This document shows, in pieces, positions 46,301 through 55,000 of a DNA stretch of 64,000 nucleotides; position 1 is the first letter of the stretch, and every line of letters starts with the position of its first letter. Under the pieces are notes generated by a model. It was not told the origin of the DNA. It did not search any database and saw only the letters and a program-made list of their open reading frames with translations. This DNA is from a virus, in IMG/VR virus record IMGVR_UViG_3300033994_001756, positions 96,001 to 160,000 of that record; one strand, 5' to 3'. Both the position numbers and the translations under genes were made by a program.

Positions 46301-48031
46301 GCTACTACTGATCTAACTTGTACAATTACAACAAGCACTGCAAGTAAAGAAATTACTTTAAGTTCTACATCTGATGCAAAATTTGCACAGCAGATCATTC
46401 TACCTGGATATATCATTTATAGTTCTAGTGGAGTTGAGTTGGGAACTGTTTCTAGTGTAGATGCTACCAAGATTTACTTGGTGGAAAATTCCAAGGCTGC
46501 TGTTACAACTAATGCTTCATGGAGATACACTTCTACTGGAAGAACATATACATATTCTTCTCAGATCTTTACAGTGGATCCTCCATCAACCACAAGTAGC
46601 AATGAATATTTTGGATATTCAAGATGTACCATCATTGCAAATAATGCCCACATTCTACATAATGGATATAGAGATAGCCACAAGCCAAATTGGTATACAA
46701 TCCAAGATGTGTTTGTAAGCCATAGATTAGGAAACTTTACATTTGATGGTCCTATTGCAAGAAAGTTTGTTTACTCTGATACTGGAGTTAAATTAACCTT
46801 CGGAGAATATAAAATCTGGTATGAAAGATATCAAAATTATATTAACGCAAATGAAAACTCTACTGGACAGGCAATGTCTGGAAGACAAGGTTGGGTTGGA
46901 AACTTCGGATTATCTGCATCAGGTCAAAGAACCATTGGTATTCAATTAAATGGTGCATCATCACTACAAAGAGGTAGACAATATAATAGTTCTATCTGGC
47001 TAACTGCAGTTCCAGTTCATGCCAAGTGGGAAAATGCTTCATATTCACCATACATGCTACAATGTAATGTTGGTTCAACTATTGAAAGTAATTATGCTCC
47101 AACCACATTAACTAACTATGATGGTGTTGGATCATTCACATTCTCAGCATTGAATCATACTACATTATCGACAGGTTCTATCTATGCTTCTCATAATACT
47201 GGTGATTATGCTTCATATGGTGGGGAATCTTACGATACTAAGCAGTATCAGTTTATCTCAACCAATACTAGATTGAGATATTCTCTACAAAATGGTACAG
47301 TATCTGATACTGGTAGTGTTGCAGGTGGTAGTTCTTCAAGACTTGCAGAACAATTGGCTATCAATAATGTTATTAACTACAAACCATCACTAAGCACTAC
47401 TTTTGCACGCCAGAATCAATCACTGTCTATCTCTATAACATCTGGATCATCAACTATTACGGGAACAAACGTAGCACTCACACTACTTCCAGGTGACGTA
47501 GTTTATGCAGATCAATCACCATCTCCATCTAGTTTTGTTGGCGTTGTAAGATCAAAAGGTGCGAATGACAATGAAGTGATTATTTCTCAAGCTTATACAG
47601 GAACTACAATTACAAATGATACAGCTTGGTCATACATTTCTCCACGAGTAATGCACTCAACAACTGCTGGTGCTGGTGCTGTGGCTGGACAATCACTAGT
47701 ATTCTCTGGTGACTCTGAAACTGGTGTAACTCCAACTAATGTTGGAACTCTCGGATACAACGTGATTGGAAACAACAAGCCAGGATTTAATAGATATAAT
47801 ATAAGATTCAATGTTGATAGAAGAGTATACAACCAGTCAACACTGATAAATACTTTCAACAACTTGAAACCTGTAGAATCTTTTGATGTAGCAAACAGAG
47901 TTATTGATATTAAATTTGGAGATTTATCCACCTACGTATCACCACTATTCAATGTGGAAGTTACAAGATTTAATCCAAAAACTCACGTCGAAACATCTAT
48001 TTCTGTGGTTGGAGATCCCCTACACATTTAA
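34325..48031 (+). CDS. Giant (4568 aa) virion structural / tail fibre-like protein
   Basis: Single uninterrupted ORF; Thr/Ser/Gly/Asn-rich; RPFKTIERAL and SPYIFNCSLRS beta-helix-type motifs; late promoter. Confidence 0.8.
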   Translation: MALTRITSGGIAEGVVIKFDQNNSPTAPAIGFEGVGNTGTGIYSPANNELAISTDGQTRLTFKPDGKIIAGNGTILGGTNPDFENAENITLYVNQSDKNATDLEDNDGGNLNRPFKTIERALLEAAKRSYKPNPTAISVSTLEVGKAYTIVNAGNTDFVSIGASSNTAGVSFIATAQGNGTGTVVLSNDKFEAFTIMVLPGQYEIDNRPGYDITTNPLSAGTAVAIDAEPFRFNPRNGGVIVPRGTSIVGYDLRKTVIRPKYVPSPFSIDGSITSDGYILYHTMYDGANMVEKNRGYIQEQTKLYLQGNQAGYNGLNDAQKNLCIRDIGYFIDAIVKDLRQGGNENTFNNAEYYIDGNGYRTQFLKSGDSDLSQEVAATVAAFNHAISIMRFITKSYNDSSITYSEITSGKTINRTTFSAGNGYVSDGDCSAVVNAVATLGAIATGILNNPDDYTREAVTVTLVGGGTATVKLRKTQGVFNQTSIFKVTGGCYFWQMTFKDAVATSSKPIYNGASFDSNGIPTFSTTTDSKYSHHRVVAFTYADQRTTDGELDQYYKKIDAWQGRPDTSQVRPEEYTIVGDGSKNSTIDTVNSCSPYIFNCSLRSVFGMCGMHTDGSKVAENSFKSMVVAQFTGISLQKDRSVFIQPKDLQGDTNVTPSPNTTTLYNDDDESTTAKPPVFADPDAEYKPECRHFHIKASNGGFIQVVSVFAVGYADQFLAETGGDMSITNSNSNFGQISLRAKGSQFNSFAPASQGRITAVVPPKGISPTLNDVSFYNINAGPTWGPSTFATSEELTPAVLSALAGFTNSKYFSLYLETGATNEDSIPELIVTSTDKVTGNKVTKRFLSYGTSNQYSLFRDYYQVTGISPESSRYINLELESSTGGEPSKFRAKVKIFDPTDIPDEDNPKVNNVPTTKNAERVGYFWDNNGVYLKLDYTDADTRKFLTDFIFSFNEEKSFDFVTKFNPGDGSATTALEEVTRKLLRYKTGFPSTLTIKKYLDTRTSAPSELLWKLEYTIPKYLSSNAIPKAPEKRFIIKGTRAGNGEDGIPYSDYRFMVWDVQEVTSWEKDVRDGVYYLTVIRCDVNKFADSSANSPSTIERRPTGIDAPGTGTTTTSFSSTFIEEVNNFDKDTKLFTNINYLYPSVNEEGPDYDTRRVWNFPQADSRVLLENIGQGNRIKDISVPNFKSFRTTDSTTPFKDIPSLYSVTAESVHRLVQALDLRYITSSNTMATTGGGPDNSGRVFIAPVAPWDSRTSQSALGYTSSSTSFNVYSSSIRFGRGPAGSIVTEASKITEYNNFGVNLDAADRRIIVTSPGYVVNSNTIQASSDANQTGLTYAPLLPLYRPSILRASSHTWEYIGLGSGNYSTGFPNLQTRVLKIYEQFIAQGYENSGGFIASSGTNSAGDFYIGNQIIQAGGTSTVTLNVPKLRKSSESNYLDIDNIENRISNAVVNVTDTADGSGANANQSALKELSNFFNIAKLTVSDKANINNLIIGERLFIDRAEINNSAFFPEGNTNAYGFVKAAKPEKTGFISTDTNDKLYVSPKYLDAWRVKRQLISAQAVTLDNNRVYVQPYLQNSVDSYKSVNGKKVADAITFTNTVVNDVTWSTSSVIKLAFTESSGIPSYGKIDIEMNLIGLTVTDFYVDGSGNKIYFNPVINIPLQYQEIDYTDNTAVISNYQNGIALPTYLRSYCGNGTYTSIIKNYPSIIATGGNFGTDASEGDIKYLTAKLASNFTNNNDINVLNTSTYKDLQVTMTADEYQQWPNRGCISLREAPKGGTYKIATFAYYKTGHNSGTNVATFKLTKNVGEGTNTAGTSAQFTTDYENNYPGIASKNVFFFGCSTQVYSSDRWAAESPFIPPLDPTKGVVEEVNIEDAILYTSPQKSLPVAVTLDQDWFDKNLPNPYSSKALGVNIQERRAVKKFSPLFSFSQAKQWAENSGFTSADELELLMKPGYYKLDGTQFPCSVKINGTGVANSSVFAGKERTRTSAGRMGGYLEDTVRRGDSIYLYRSPEFYTQWGFGNDAMYVNVSGGLGANGSFNVNNVHFLGLNEAITKSEIPDSIYTSNPVLQNARRVVRRAYYIKGKIKSTPSLNTINSTGVDGAIEVIANVSTGTGVNALLVPSVNSIDIVNDIADNANYYELNSATISNSRYLVVVLKQSDFTAEQFDRMRKYIIPGTTMYWLAENGKVIKLSDEATVENLSKSTKVLSVRRKNAGLNTEEIQVLISVYRTAGGNNGNNASYTNPVEDLDLEGYTSGKRKLVFLNEDGAEFTTLAYNWALETRRQFLPKGFMHEGGYQSAIIKTVVSGGASGTKTITLDNVESILTGDKIVALDSAGNNLIPVGTRVETIVGNVITLTDNITTSIPAQSFVSFTQFNIFGDEITKYDIPEIYGIIRGSEEGYISLIIDRNPNYEVDNSIQPYPYGAGSFSEYPTQLIQLKTTPTSTTTNYGAAEDVAIATNRKKALPLRRNGFTETRYLVLDIAPREFGAIPAGNASNPNAATSIDSFIENAGISKTILTQFANYDNTTLQFGGGIGKGFVQPTINFNNITIAANAEFTIGSNDIQSAINTALNSAGSLTNTRSYNDRLFASLVSNGGTSSNVALYATINVSTGAITSVMAYRLNSTQQTTINGSFRIQINDGRGFILSPTGRTVSLSDNQLSADDFKVVAKQNLLSAIATTPDTTGGGSSPYLDYVRKRTTGPGANVDDDALTARGKKIFLSWPYAYRALRRRFPSAGFPVNGNYQSSLITVNAIPGSGFTLNLTGVTIGAQSPASEAANTFGGGYRGGLIKCRGSKLTLNGTRFRGNLSLDWTGLFSGNSSRVGGSFIAGHSIEMFQMEDQNEFTQMGGDLPAYAIATSPQDEEFRTLSEYNPQSNIYLEPSKDPYGRLSDGDARTFPINTLQAIRRFNKSSQGVVPWTGESEIPKGGLLTKVALNERYQTPNKIYYDAPNGTPTGNHIPTASGNSSAVLLRWNDGTTTITSSSQLSMPTSVVSYAQLEPKTLSFFYANNEAGEDIIRNIFVGRNASKFVKFDNIETTYATATKVITTGDTFFINSSTGAVTRAGAGQSGDYKFVKITYSGSFSALSKVNSTKIDINVNYLSSIRYNYVATATSRYQKTIVGTNSRLILSQDDNVIRYSEPANLAISNIDSTFTVANASRSTIYELRNVTRPSATSGKVVLSTNSSGKLTSLDIISIGSGHLKNDVFEIYSGATKISNTFTMTVRDNYNEELLELFENGEFKVILPNNCFIVNSVENPTIASNLKSQILKSKSIFKPGGYILYNNIYYKIAVNNPTTNSPYIGVYKYINETNTSDIRADIVVMLEDSEYSPTYPSNTRFDVFDYDNILDYWPATGRIVIGNRETCDFTKAGNSSDPKGYELRLTRSMTKYWPHYIRDWEGLDPNNSSDATVTVDSVIPTTLTLADPVDVTCYGIKRFNATGSGNNIEGITYGGSSTYVTPTGIVANKLAKISISSTTDAQGLLADFEKLSIGQTVTIPYRDISKPAVSGQAATNWNAVEIVVGDPQNTAASNISSNREGDRRISGSIAYRTSGFKAVFYKHTYNIHATNTQDTSIYQYINPLVSANLSSARDSSVEQLHPGGFRRWGYLGAISGLNANAGQKALTISSAFVRSMQRISSAATFVATFDAIDTPNDPYERLMTVSAQPSFGAITKGQPLYLNSNYTNLIGYVVGMDGDVRSLDDGTYEDSINLSGNGGIGTYRVLLVENPPALTGNVTVYGQKNSTDWLYYAPNNCCWINNVDYKVVNSDNTTTVYLNNNLVDPDGGRNPGDNPPGDGSASTLSIAAGSNIVFYYSGYYDNSIILTLDKPLTKAIPEGTKFNIAPTPDYGYNNDYGHPGKGQNNSFLFKSRILDLEKDGTNGKINVYLADPFPTANWNRDSSGALLADGSTTSSPVKTYGMMYINHGGWTYPKTGGSAFRANNIKLANANASDSVFCTEIYLPNRSGRVRAGDLLSYTWEDIYRIQATTDLTCTITTSTASKEITLSSTSDAKFAQQIILPGYIIYSSSGVELGTVSSVDATKIYLVENSKAAVTTNASWRYTSTGRTYTYSSQIFTVDPPSTTSSNEYFGYSRCTIIANNAHILHNGYRDSHKPNWYTIQDVFVSHRLGNFTFDGPIARKFVYSDTGVKLTFGEYKIWYERYQNYINANENSTGQAMSGRQGWVGNFGLSASGQRTIGIQLNGASSLQRGRQYNSSIWLTAVPVHAKWENASYSPYMLQCNVGSTIESNYAPTTLTNYDGVGSFTFSALNHTTLSTGSIYASHNTGDYASYGGESYDTKQYQFISTNTRLRYSLQNGTVSDTGSVAGGSSSRLAEQLAINNVINYKPSLSTTFARQNQSLSISITSGSSTITGTNVALTLLPGDVVYADQSPSPSSFVGVVRSKGANDNEVIISQAYTGTTITNDTAWSYISPRVMHSTTAGAGAVAGQSLVFSGDSETGVTPTNVGTLGYNVIGNNKPGFNRYNIRFNVDRRVYNQSTLINTFNNLKPVESFDVANRVIDIKFGDLSTYVSPLFNVEVTRFNPKTHVETSISVVGDPLHI

Positions 48032-48048
48032 TTACCGAAAATTTAACT

Positions 48049-48570
48049 ATGGCTTATTTTTTAACAGATCAACAAGAATATGAATTGAATTTATTCTTAG
48101 ATGAGCAAAACCGAATAGCATATCATAAACAAATGGAATCGGATGAACTTTCAGACGAACTGAAAGAAATCATTAAAAAGACTGAAGAAACTGGTAGTCC
48201 GATTCCAGCCTTTGATCCAAAGTATGGGTACTATACTGTTTCCTTCACTCCTTGCAATGAAGGAAACCGAATCTATGCTCATCATCATATCACTAATCAA
48301 TCTAAGGCAATCTATGATCCTGCAAATAATGTAGAAATTATAGATGATCAAGTTAGTGTTAAGGAACCAGATGTGCCAGTGAATGAATTGGAAAGTACTC
48401 CAGAAGAACCTACTGTATTGGATGATGATTTTGAAGACATTGATAAGATTATAGATTCTATCATTCCAGAAGAAGATTCTGACATTGATGCAACATCTCA
48501 AAAGTTAACTTCTTTGTTTGGACCTCCACCAGATCATATTTTACAAGAGATGCAACTACAATCAGAATAA
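48049..48570 (+). CDS. Acidic hypothetical protein
   Basis: ORF track. Confidence 0.65.
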   Translation: MAYFLTDQQEYELNLFLDEQNRIAYHKQMESDELSDELKEIIKKTEETGSPIPAFDPKYGYYTVSFTPCNEGNRIYAHHHITNQSKAIYDPANNVEIIDDQVSVKEPDVPVNELESTPEEPTVLDDDFEDIDKIIDSIIPEEDSDIDATSQKLTSLFGPPPDHILQEMQLQSE

Positions 48571-48572
48571 AT

Positions 48573-48600
48573 AGAAGAGGGATATATATCCCTCTTTTCT
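48573..48600 (+). terminator. Rho-independent terminator
   Basis: AAGAGGGATA-TA-TATCCCTCTT followed by TTCT. Confidence 0.65.
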
Positions 48601-48629
48601 AATAGGTAAATACCGACAGGACTTGCCAT

Positions 48630-51600
48630 ATGGCTACAAATATTAGGCTTAAATCTAGCTCTCAATCTGGAAAAGAACCTACACTTTCAGAATTGTCTCT
48701 AAGAGAATTGGCAGTTAATACTGCTGATGGCAAATTATTCCTTAGAAAGGGCGATGGAACTGGCACAGATAAAATTATAGAGGTAACTGCCCCATTAAAG
48801 GCTAGTGAGCCTATGGGACACGAAGATAAGTCTCAAAGTACCATTTCTTTTGACAGTGGAACTAGGGTTTTCACGATTCAACCAAGTTCTACCTCATTCA
48901 ATGTTTGGTGTAAAGGAGTAAAGTATAATATAACTAGTGCTCGCACAGTAACTATTCCAAATACGACTGGACTATATTTTATTTACTTTGATGCAGATGG
49001 AGTTCTACAATATAGAACTTCATATTTTGATTGGGAGAATGATACTCCAACTGCGTATGTTTATTGGAATTCAACTACTGCAACTGCGCCATTTGTGGCA
49101 GACGAAAGGCATGGTATTGTTTTAGATTGGCAAACCCACGAATACCTACACAGAACTCGTGGTGCAGTAATTGCTAATGGATTTTCAATCAGTAATTATA
49201 TTACCACCGGAACTGGTGCAAACAATTCAGATGCTCAGTTTGATCTCAGCGGTGGTACATTTTTTGATGAAGATTTAGAAGTTATAGTTACTCATAGTAA
49301 TAGTCCGACTGCAAATACATGGCAACAAGATTTGCAAGGTCCAGCTCGAATTCCGGTTTTTTATCAGAGTGGAAATTCGTGGGTGGTGGATGCTCCTACA
49401 GATTATGCTGTAAAGCAAGGAACATCAAGAATTAAGTATAATTTATTGAGTGGGGGAACGTGGTCAACTCCAGATGTAGCTACCAATACTCATTATACTA
49501 CATCTTGGATAATTGCGACAAACAATATCAATTACCCTGTAATTACAATTATGGGGCAGAGTCAATCAAGTTTAATCAGTGATCAAGAAGAATTAACATT
49601 TGCTGATTTAACTTTAAGTGATTTTCCAATTGTAGAATTTAGACCTATTTGGAAAATTATTTGGCAGACAGATTCTGGATATGCTAATACTCCAAAAGCA
49701 AGAATTGCTGCCGTATTTGATATTAGACAACTTACTTCCACTGGTGGGATTTCTGGAACTACTCCAGTATCTGACCATGGATTGCTCAGTGGACTTGGTG
49801 ATGATGATCATTTACAATATGTGCATGTTAGTGAAAACAGAACTATTACTGCAAATCATACTATTACTGGCAATTTAACTTTATCTAGTGGATTAAGAGA
49901 TAGATTAGGTAATTTAGGTAGTGCTGGACAATTTTTATCATCTACTGGTACAAATATAGAGTGGAAATATCCAACTGTTACAAATGTTTTATATGTATCT
50001 AAAGATGGTAATGATTCAAATTCTGGAACTAGTTTACAGAATGCTAAAGCTACAATAAAATCTGCATTGTCAGTTGCATCTGCAGGAACTGTAGTAAAAG
50101 TTTCGGCTGGAAATTATATAGAAAATAATCCAGTTATCATTCCAGCACAAGTTAGTGTAGTTGGAGATTCTTTAAGAGAAGTCAGTGTTAGTCCTCAAAA
50201 TTCTGGAAATTTATTTTATGTAAACAATGGATCATATGCATCCAATATGTCATTTACATCATCAACATCAAACAGCGGAGCAATATTTTCATTTAATCCG
50301 TCAGATCCTCCATATATTAATCAGTCTCCATATATTCAAAATTGTACTAATTTTATTTCTGGGTCCACTGGATTACTTATTGATGGAGATAATTGCATCG
50401 GACAACTTAAGAGTATGGTCGTAGATTCATATACACAATTTAATCAAAATGGAATTGGTGCTAAAATACAAAATGATGGATATGCTCAATTGGTATCTAT
50501 GTTTACAATATGCACAGATAAAGCTATTGAATGTAGAAATGGTGGCGGTTGTGATTTAACTAATTCCAATTCATCATTTGGAAATTATGGGTTAATTGCT
50601 GATGGAGTTAGTGATTTAAAATATACTGGAAGTGTAACCTCTGCTATTTCTGCGAATACAACAGATAGTATAAATGTAGATATTTCTACTCCTACATATA
50701 ATGTTACCGGGGCATCTTATAATAATTCTACTGGAGAAGTTACAGTTACAATTGGATCTCATTCAATTCAAGTTGGAATGGATGTAAAAATTGAAAATTT
50801 AACTTTTAGTTGTACTTCTGGTGGATCATCCAGTAATCAAGTATTTCCTTCCGGAAATTATGGATATGTATTTACGGTAAAATCTGTAACATCTACTTCA
50901 ATAACTGCAAATGTTGGAAGTTCTACATTGAGTCATACTTATGTATCTGGCGGAACTGTTAAAATTAACAATGTAAAGCCATATGATGGTCAAGTAGTTA
51001 CTTTTAATAATACTTTATATTATCAAGTTAACAAAATTACTATTACGAATGGTGGAAATAATTATACAACAGCACCAAATATTACAATATCTAGTCCAGC
51101 AACTTCTTGGGGAATTGGTGCTCAAGCTATAGCTGAAATTCAAAACGGCCAAATTAAATCTATCGAAGTTATCTCATCTGGTAGAGGATACACATCCAGT
51201 CCCCCAACATTAACATTGTCTGGGGGTGGAGGTTCTGGAGTTACATATTCAGTTGAAATGGCCCCACAATATTATGTGATAGATACTACAGAACAACTAA
51301 GTTCAAATAATTATAAAATTACTCTTACTGATACAATTCCATTTAGTGTTGCTCAAAATGATTCAATTGAATTTTATAAACAGACTAGATTATTAGCATC
51401 TGGGCATTCATTTGAATATATTGGATCTGGAACTGATATTCAAACTAGTTTACCGTTTAAAGGTGGGGTAAGCATTCAAGAAAATGAAGTTGATATGAAA
51501 AATGGAGGATTAGTAGTATATACATCTACTGATCAATCCGGAAACTTTAGAATAGGCGATGGAGTTGTAATAAATCAATTAACCGGAACAATAACTGGAA

Positions 51601-51662
51601 ATTCTTACTCTAAGAGTTTATTTTCATCAATAACTCCATTCATTCTAGCTTTAGGAGCGTAA
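48630..51662 (+). CDS. Tail fibre-like protein
   Basis: ELAVNTADGKLF N-terminus, DHGLLSGLGDDDHLQY, beta-helix-type region SPYIQNCT. Confidence 0.75.
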   Translation: MATNIRLKSSSQSGKEPTLSELSLRELAVNTADGKLFLRKGDGTGTDKIIEVTAPLKASEPMGHEDKSQSTISFDSGTRVFTIQPSSTSFNVWCKGVKYNITSARTVTIPNTTGLYFIYFDADGVLQYRTSYFDWENDTPTAYVYWNSTTATAPFVADERHGIVLDWQTHEYLHRTRGAVIANGFSISNYITTGTGANNSDAQFDLSGGTFFDEDLEVIVTHSNSPTANTWQQDLQGPARIPVFYQSGNSWVVDAPTDYAVKQGTSRIKYNLLSGGTWSTPDVATNTHYTTSWIIATNNINYPVITIMGQSQSSLISDQEELTFADLTLSDFPIVEFRPIWKIIWQTDSGYANTPKARIAAVFDIRQLTSTGGISGTTPVSDHGLLSGLGDDDHLQYVHVSENRTITANHTITGNLTLSSGLRDRLGNLGSAGQFLSSTGTNIEWKYPTVTNVLYVSKDGNDSNSGTSLQNAKATIKSALSVASAGTVVKVSAGNYIENNPVIIPAQVSVVGDSLREVSVSPQNSGNLFYVNNGSYASNMSFTSSTSNSGAIFSFNPSDPPYINQSPYIQNCTNFISGSTGLLIDGDNCIGQLKSMVVDSYTQFNQNGIGAKIQNDGYAQLVSMFTICTDKAIECRNGGGCDLTNSNSSFGNYGLIADGVSDLKYTGSVTSAISANTTDSINVDISTPTYNVTGASYNNSTGEVTVTIGSHSIQVGMDVKIENLTFSCTSGGSSSNQVFPSGNYGYVFTVKSVTSTSITANVGSSTLSHTYVSGGTVKINNVKPYDGQVVTFNNTLYYQVNKITITNGGNNYTTAPNITISSPATSWGIGAQAIAEIQNGQIKSIEVISSGRGYTSSPPTLTLSGGGGSGVTYSVEMAPQYYVIDTTEQLSSNNYKITLTDTIPFSVAQNDSIEFYKQTRLLASGHSFEYIGSGTDIQTSLPFKGGVSIQENEVDMKNGGLVVYTSTDQSGNFRIGDGVVINQLTGTITGNSYSKSLFSSITPFILALGA

Positions 51663-51668
51663 TTAACA

Positions 51669-52001
51669 ATGGCATTAAAAAATAATGTATTTAAAACTAT
51701 AGCAGAAGTAGTTCCTACTAGCTCTACTTTAATATATACTGCACCTACCGGATATTCGGCTGTTCTTCTATTGGCACAAGTTGCAAATATTAGCACAACA
51801 ACATCATATGATGTTACTTTAATTTATACTAGAGGTAGTACAAATACTGAATTATTTAAATCATTTCCAGTTCCATTTAAAGATACCGTTAATTTATTGC
51901 AAGGAAAATTAGTCTTAGAATCTGGAGATAAATTATATTTGTCTGGTAGTAATGGAAGTAATTTGAAATTTGTAGCATCTGTTTTAGAAACAATTAATTA
52001 G
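51669..52001 (+). CDS. Small fibre-associated protein
   Basis: IYTAPTG..GKLVLESGDKL motif. Confidence 0.7.
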   Translation: MALKNNVFKTIAEVVPTSSTLIYTAPTGYSAVLLLAQVANISTTTSYDVTLIYTRGSTNTELFKSFPVPFKDTVNLLQGKLVLESGDKLYLSGSNGSNLKFVASVLETIN

Positions 52002-52012
52002 TAGTACTTAAA

Positions 52013-55000
52013 ATGGCAAATTATCTTTCAGATAGACTTAAAAAGTTACAGGTTGGTATTTCTGGGTATACCGATTCCATTGATGTTGCCAATATTATTG
52101 GAAACTCTACTTTTGATGGTTCTGTAGAACTAAAAAAATCTTTAAAAGATAAAGATGGCCAGGTAGGAACTTCTGGTCAAATTTTAGCATCTAGTGGCAC
52201 TGGAATACAATGGATATCTGCACCACCAGGAGGAGTTTCAGTATATGAAGAAAATACATTATTAGGAAATTTGTATGGCACTACAGAAATTAAATTTGTT
52301 GGAAATTATATAACTGCAACTTCATCTGGATCAACTGCAACTGTAACTCTTTCAGATTTATCATTAGATAATTTAACAGATGTTGTTATTTCATCTCCAT
52401 CCAATAATCAATTATTGAGATATAATAACTCAAATACTAGATGGGAAAACTGGATTCCAAATTTTACTCTAGGTACTGATACAACTGGAAATTACGTAGC
52501 AAATTTAGTTGCTGGCACTGGAGTTACTCTTACTAATGGTACGGCAACTGAGGGAGGAACTCCTACAATATCAATCGGACAAAGTGTAGGTACAACTGAT
52601 AATGTATCATTTAATAATTTAACGGTTGCTGGAACATTAACAGTCAATGGAACTTCAACAGTTATTAATTCAACTGTAACTACAATTGATGATCCAATTA
52701 TTACATTAGGAGGAGATACTGCTCCAACAACTGATGATTCAAAAGATCGTGGAATAGAGTTTAGATGGCATGACGGATCAAATGCAAAAATTGGTTTTTT
52801 TGGATTTGATGATAGTACAGGATATCTGACATATATTCCAGATGCAACCAATTCAAGTGAAGTTTTTAGTGGTACTCTTGGAGACATTCAAGCAACTAAT
52901 TTTCGTGGTGCATTAGTAGGAAACGCAGATACTGCCACTAAATGGAGTACAAAACGCACATTAACATTAAGTGGAGATGTATCTGGAACTGCTACTGATA
53001 TTGATGGATCTGGTAATATAAGTGTTACTTCAACTTTAGCAAGTTCTGGAGTAACTGCTGGAACATATACATCAGTTACAGTAGACACTAAAGGTAGAGT
53101 AACCGCCGGGACTAATCCAACAACTTTAGGTGGCTATGGTATAATAGATGCATTAACTACTTCTTCCACATCTACCCAATCTGGTTATTTTGGTGATATT
53201 TTCTTGTATGATGATTCAACGCCAAGTCATTATCTACAAATAACAAATAGTGCTAATTTAACGGCAGAAAGGACATTAAGTGTTAATGTTAATGATGCAG
53301 ATAGAACTATATCATTAAGTGGTAATTTAACCATTAGTTCTAATGCTACTGTTTCAGGAAGTAACACAGGAGATCAAACTATAGAACTAACTGGTGATGT
53401 AACTGGTACTGGTACTGGATCATTTGCTACTACATTATCCAACTCTGGAGTAAGTGCCGGAACATATACATCAGTTACAGTAGATGCTAAAGGTAGAGTA
53501 ACAGCAGGGTCAAATCCATCGATAGCACTTACTGATTCACCATCATTTACCACTCTAGTAAATTTAAATAATCAAGCTGAACTTAGATTTTTAGAAGATA
53601 CCACTAATGGAACCAATTATGTAGGACTTAAGGCACCGGCAAATATAACTACAAATAGAATTTGGGTTCTTCCAAATGTAGATGGTACTAATGGCCAAGC
53701 TTTAATTACTGATGGAGCTGGAAATTTATCTTGGAATACTTTTGGTGGAGTAGATTTTCTAACTAGTAGCAATACATCAACTCAATCTGGTTATTTTGGT
53801 GATATTTTCTTGTATGATGATTCAACGCCAAGTCATTATCTACAAATAACAAATAGTGCTAATTTAACGGCTACTAGATCATTGAGTGTCAATGTTAATG
53901 ATGCAAATAGAACTATCTCCCTTTCTGGAAACTTAACTGTTTCTGCAGATGCTACTGTTTCAGGAAGTAATACAGGAGATCAAACTATAACATTAACTGG
54001 CGATGTAACTGGGACTGGTACTGGATCATTTGCTACTACATTATCCAACTCTGGAGTCACATCTGGGACATACACATCAGTTACAGTAGATGCTAAAGGT
54101 AGAGTAACAGCAGGGACCAATCCTACAAGTACTGGAACAGGAAATGAAGTAAGAGCAGATTCACCATCATTTACTACCCTAGTAAATTTAAATAATCAAG
54201 CTGAACTTAGATTTTTAGAAGCTTCTGGAAATGGAACCAATTATGTTGGATTTGAAGCTCCAGCAAACATAACTACAAACACAATTTGGTTTCTTCCGAA
54301 TGCAGATGGCACTGCTGGGCAGGCATTAGTTACCAATGGATCTGGAACTTTATCTTGGGCTACCGCTGGTGGTGGTGGTGCAAGTGGATTTGGAGGTTAT
54401 AACAATTCAATTACATCATCAGTTTTTGTTTCTGTTACTTCTGGAATTGGCACAACTGTAGCATCTTTGAATGATATTACTACTGGTCCAGGTATTGCAT
54501 ATACATTTCCATCGACTGCCGGTAAAAAATATGTAATCGAATCTATACATGTTACCAATACATTTACTAATGAATTATATTTTGTAGCAAGACATGACTT
54601 TAATGGTGGATCAAATGTTCCATTGGCCCAACGAGTGATTGTTCCATATCAAGGTGCGATGGAATTTTTAGATCAACCAATTATCGCAAGTCCATCAGAT
54701 ACTATAAGATTTCAAGCACTTTCTAATGCTTCGCCAACTGCAGTAGGTATTGATGGGGGTTTGGATGCATTTATTATCATTTCAGAAAAAAGTGACACTA
54801 CTTATATTGGAACTGGAGGTATAGTATCAACTGCAACGGGAACTCAAATTTTCCAGGCAACAACAGGGAATGCAATGTTGCAATCAATTAAACTTTGCAA
54901 CTATAGTTTAAATACTGATATTGATGCATCTGTTTCTATCTATCGTGGCACTTTGGCATCTGGAGTAAGATTAGGATACTTAGCTTTTAATATTACAATT

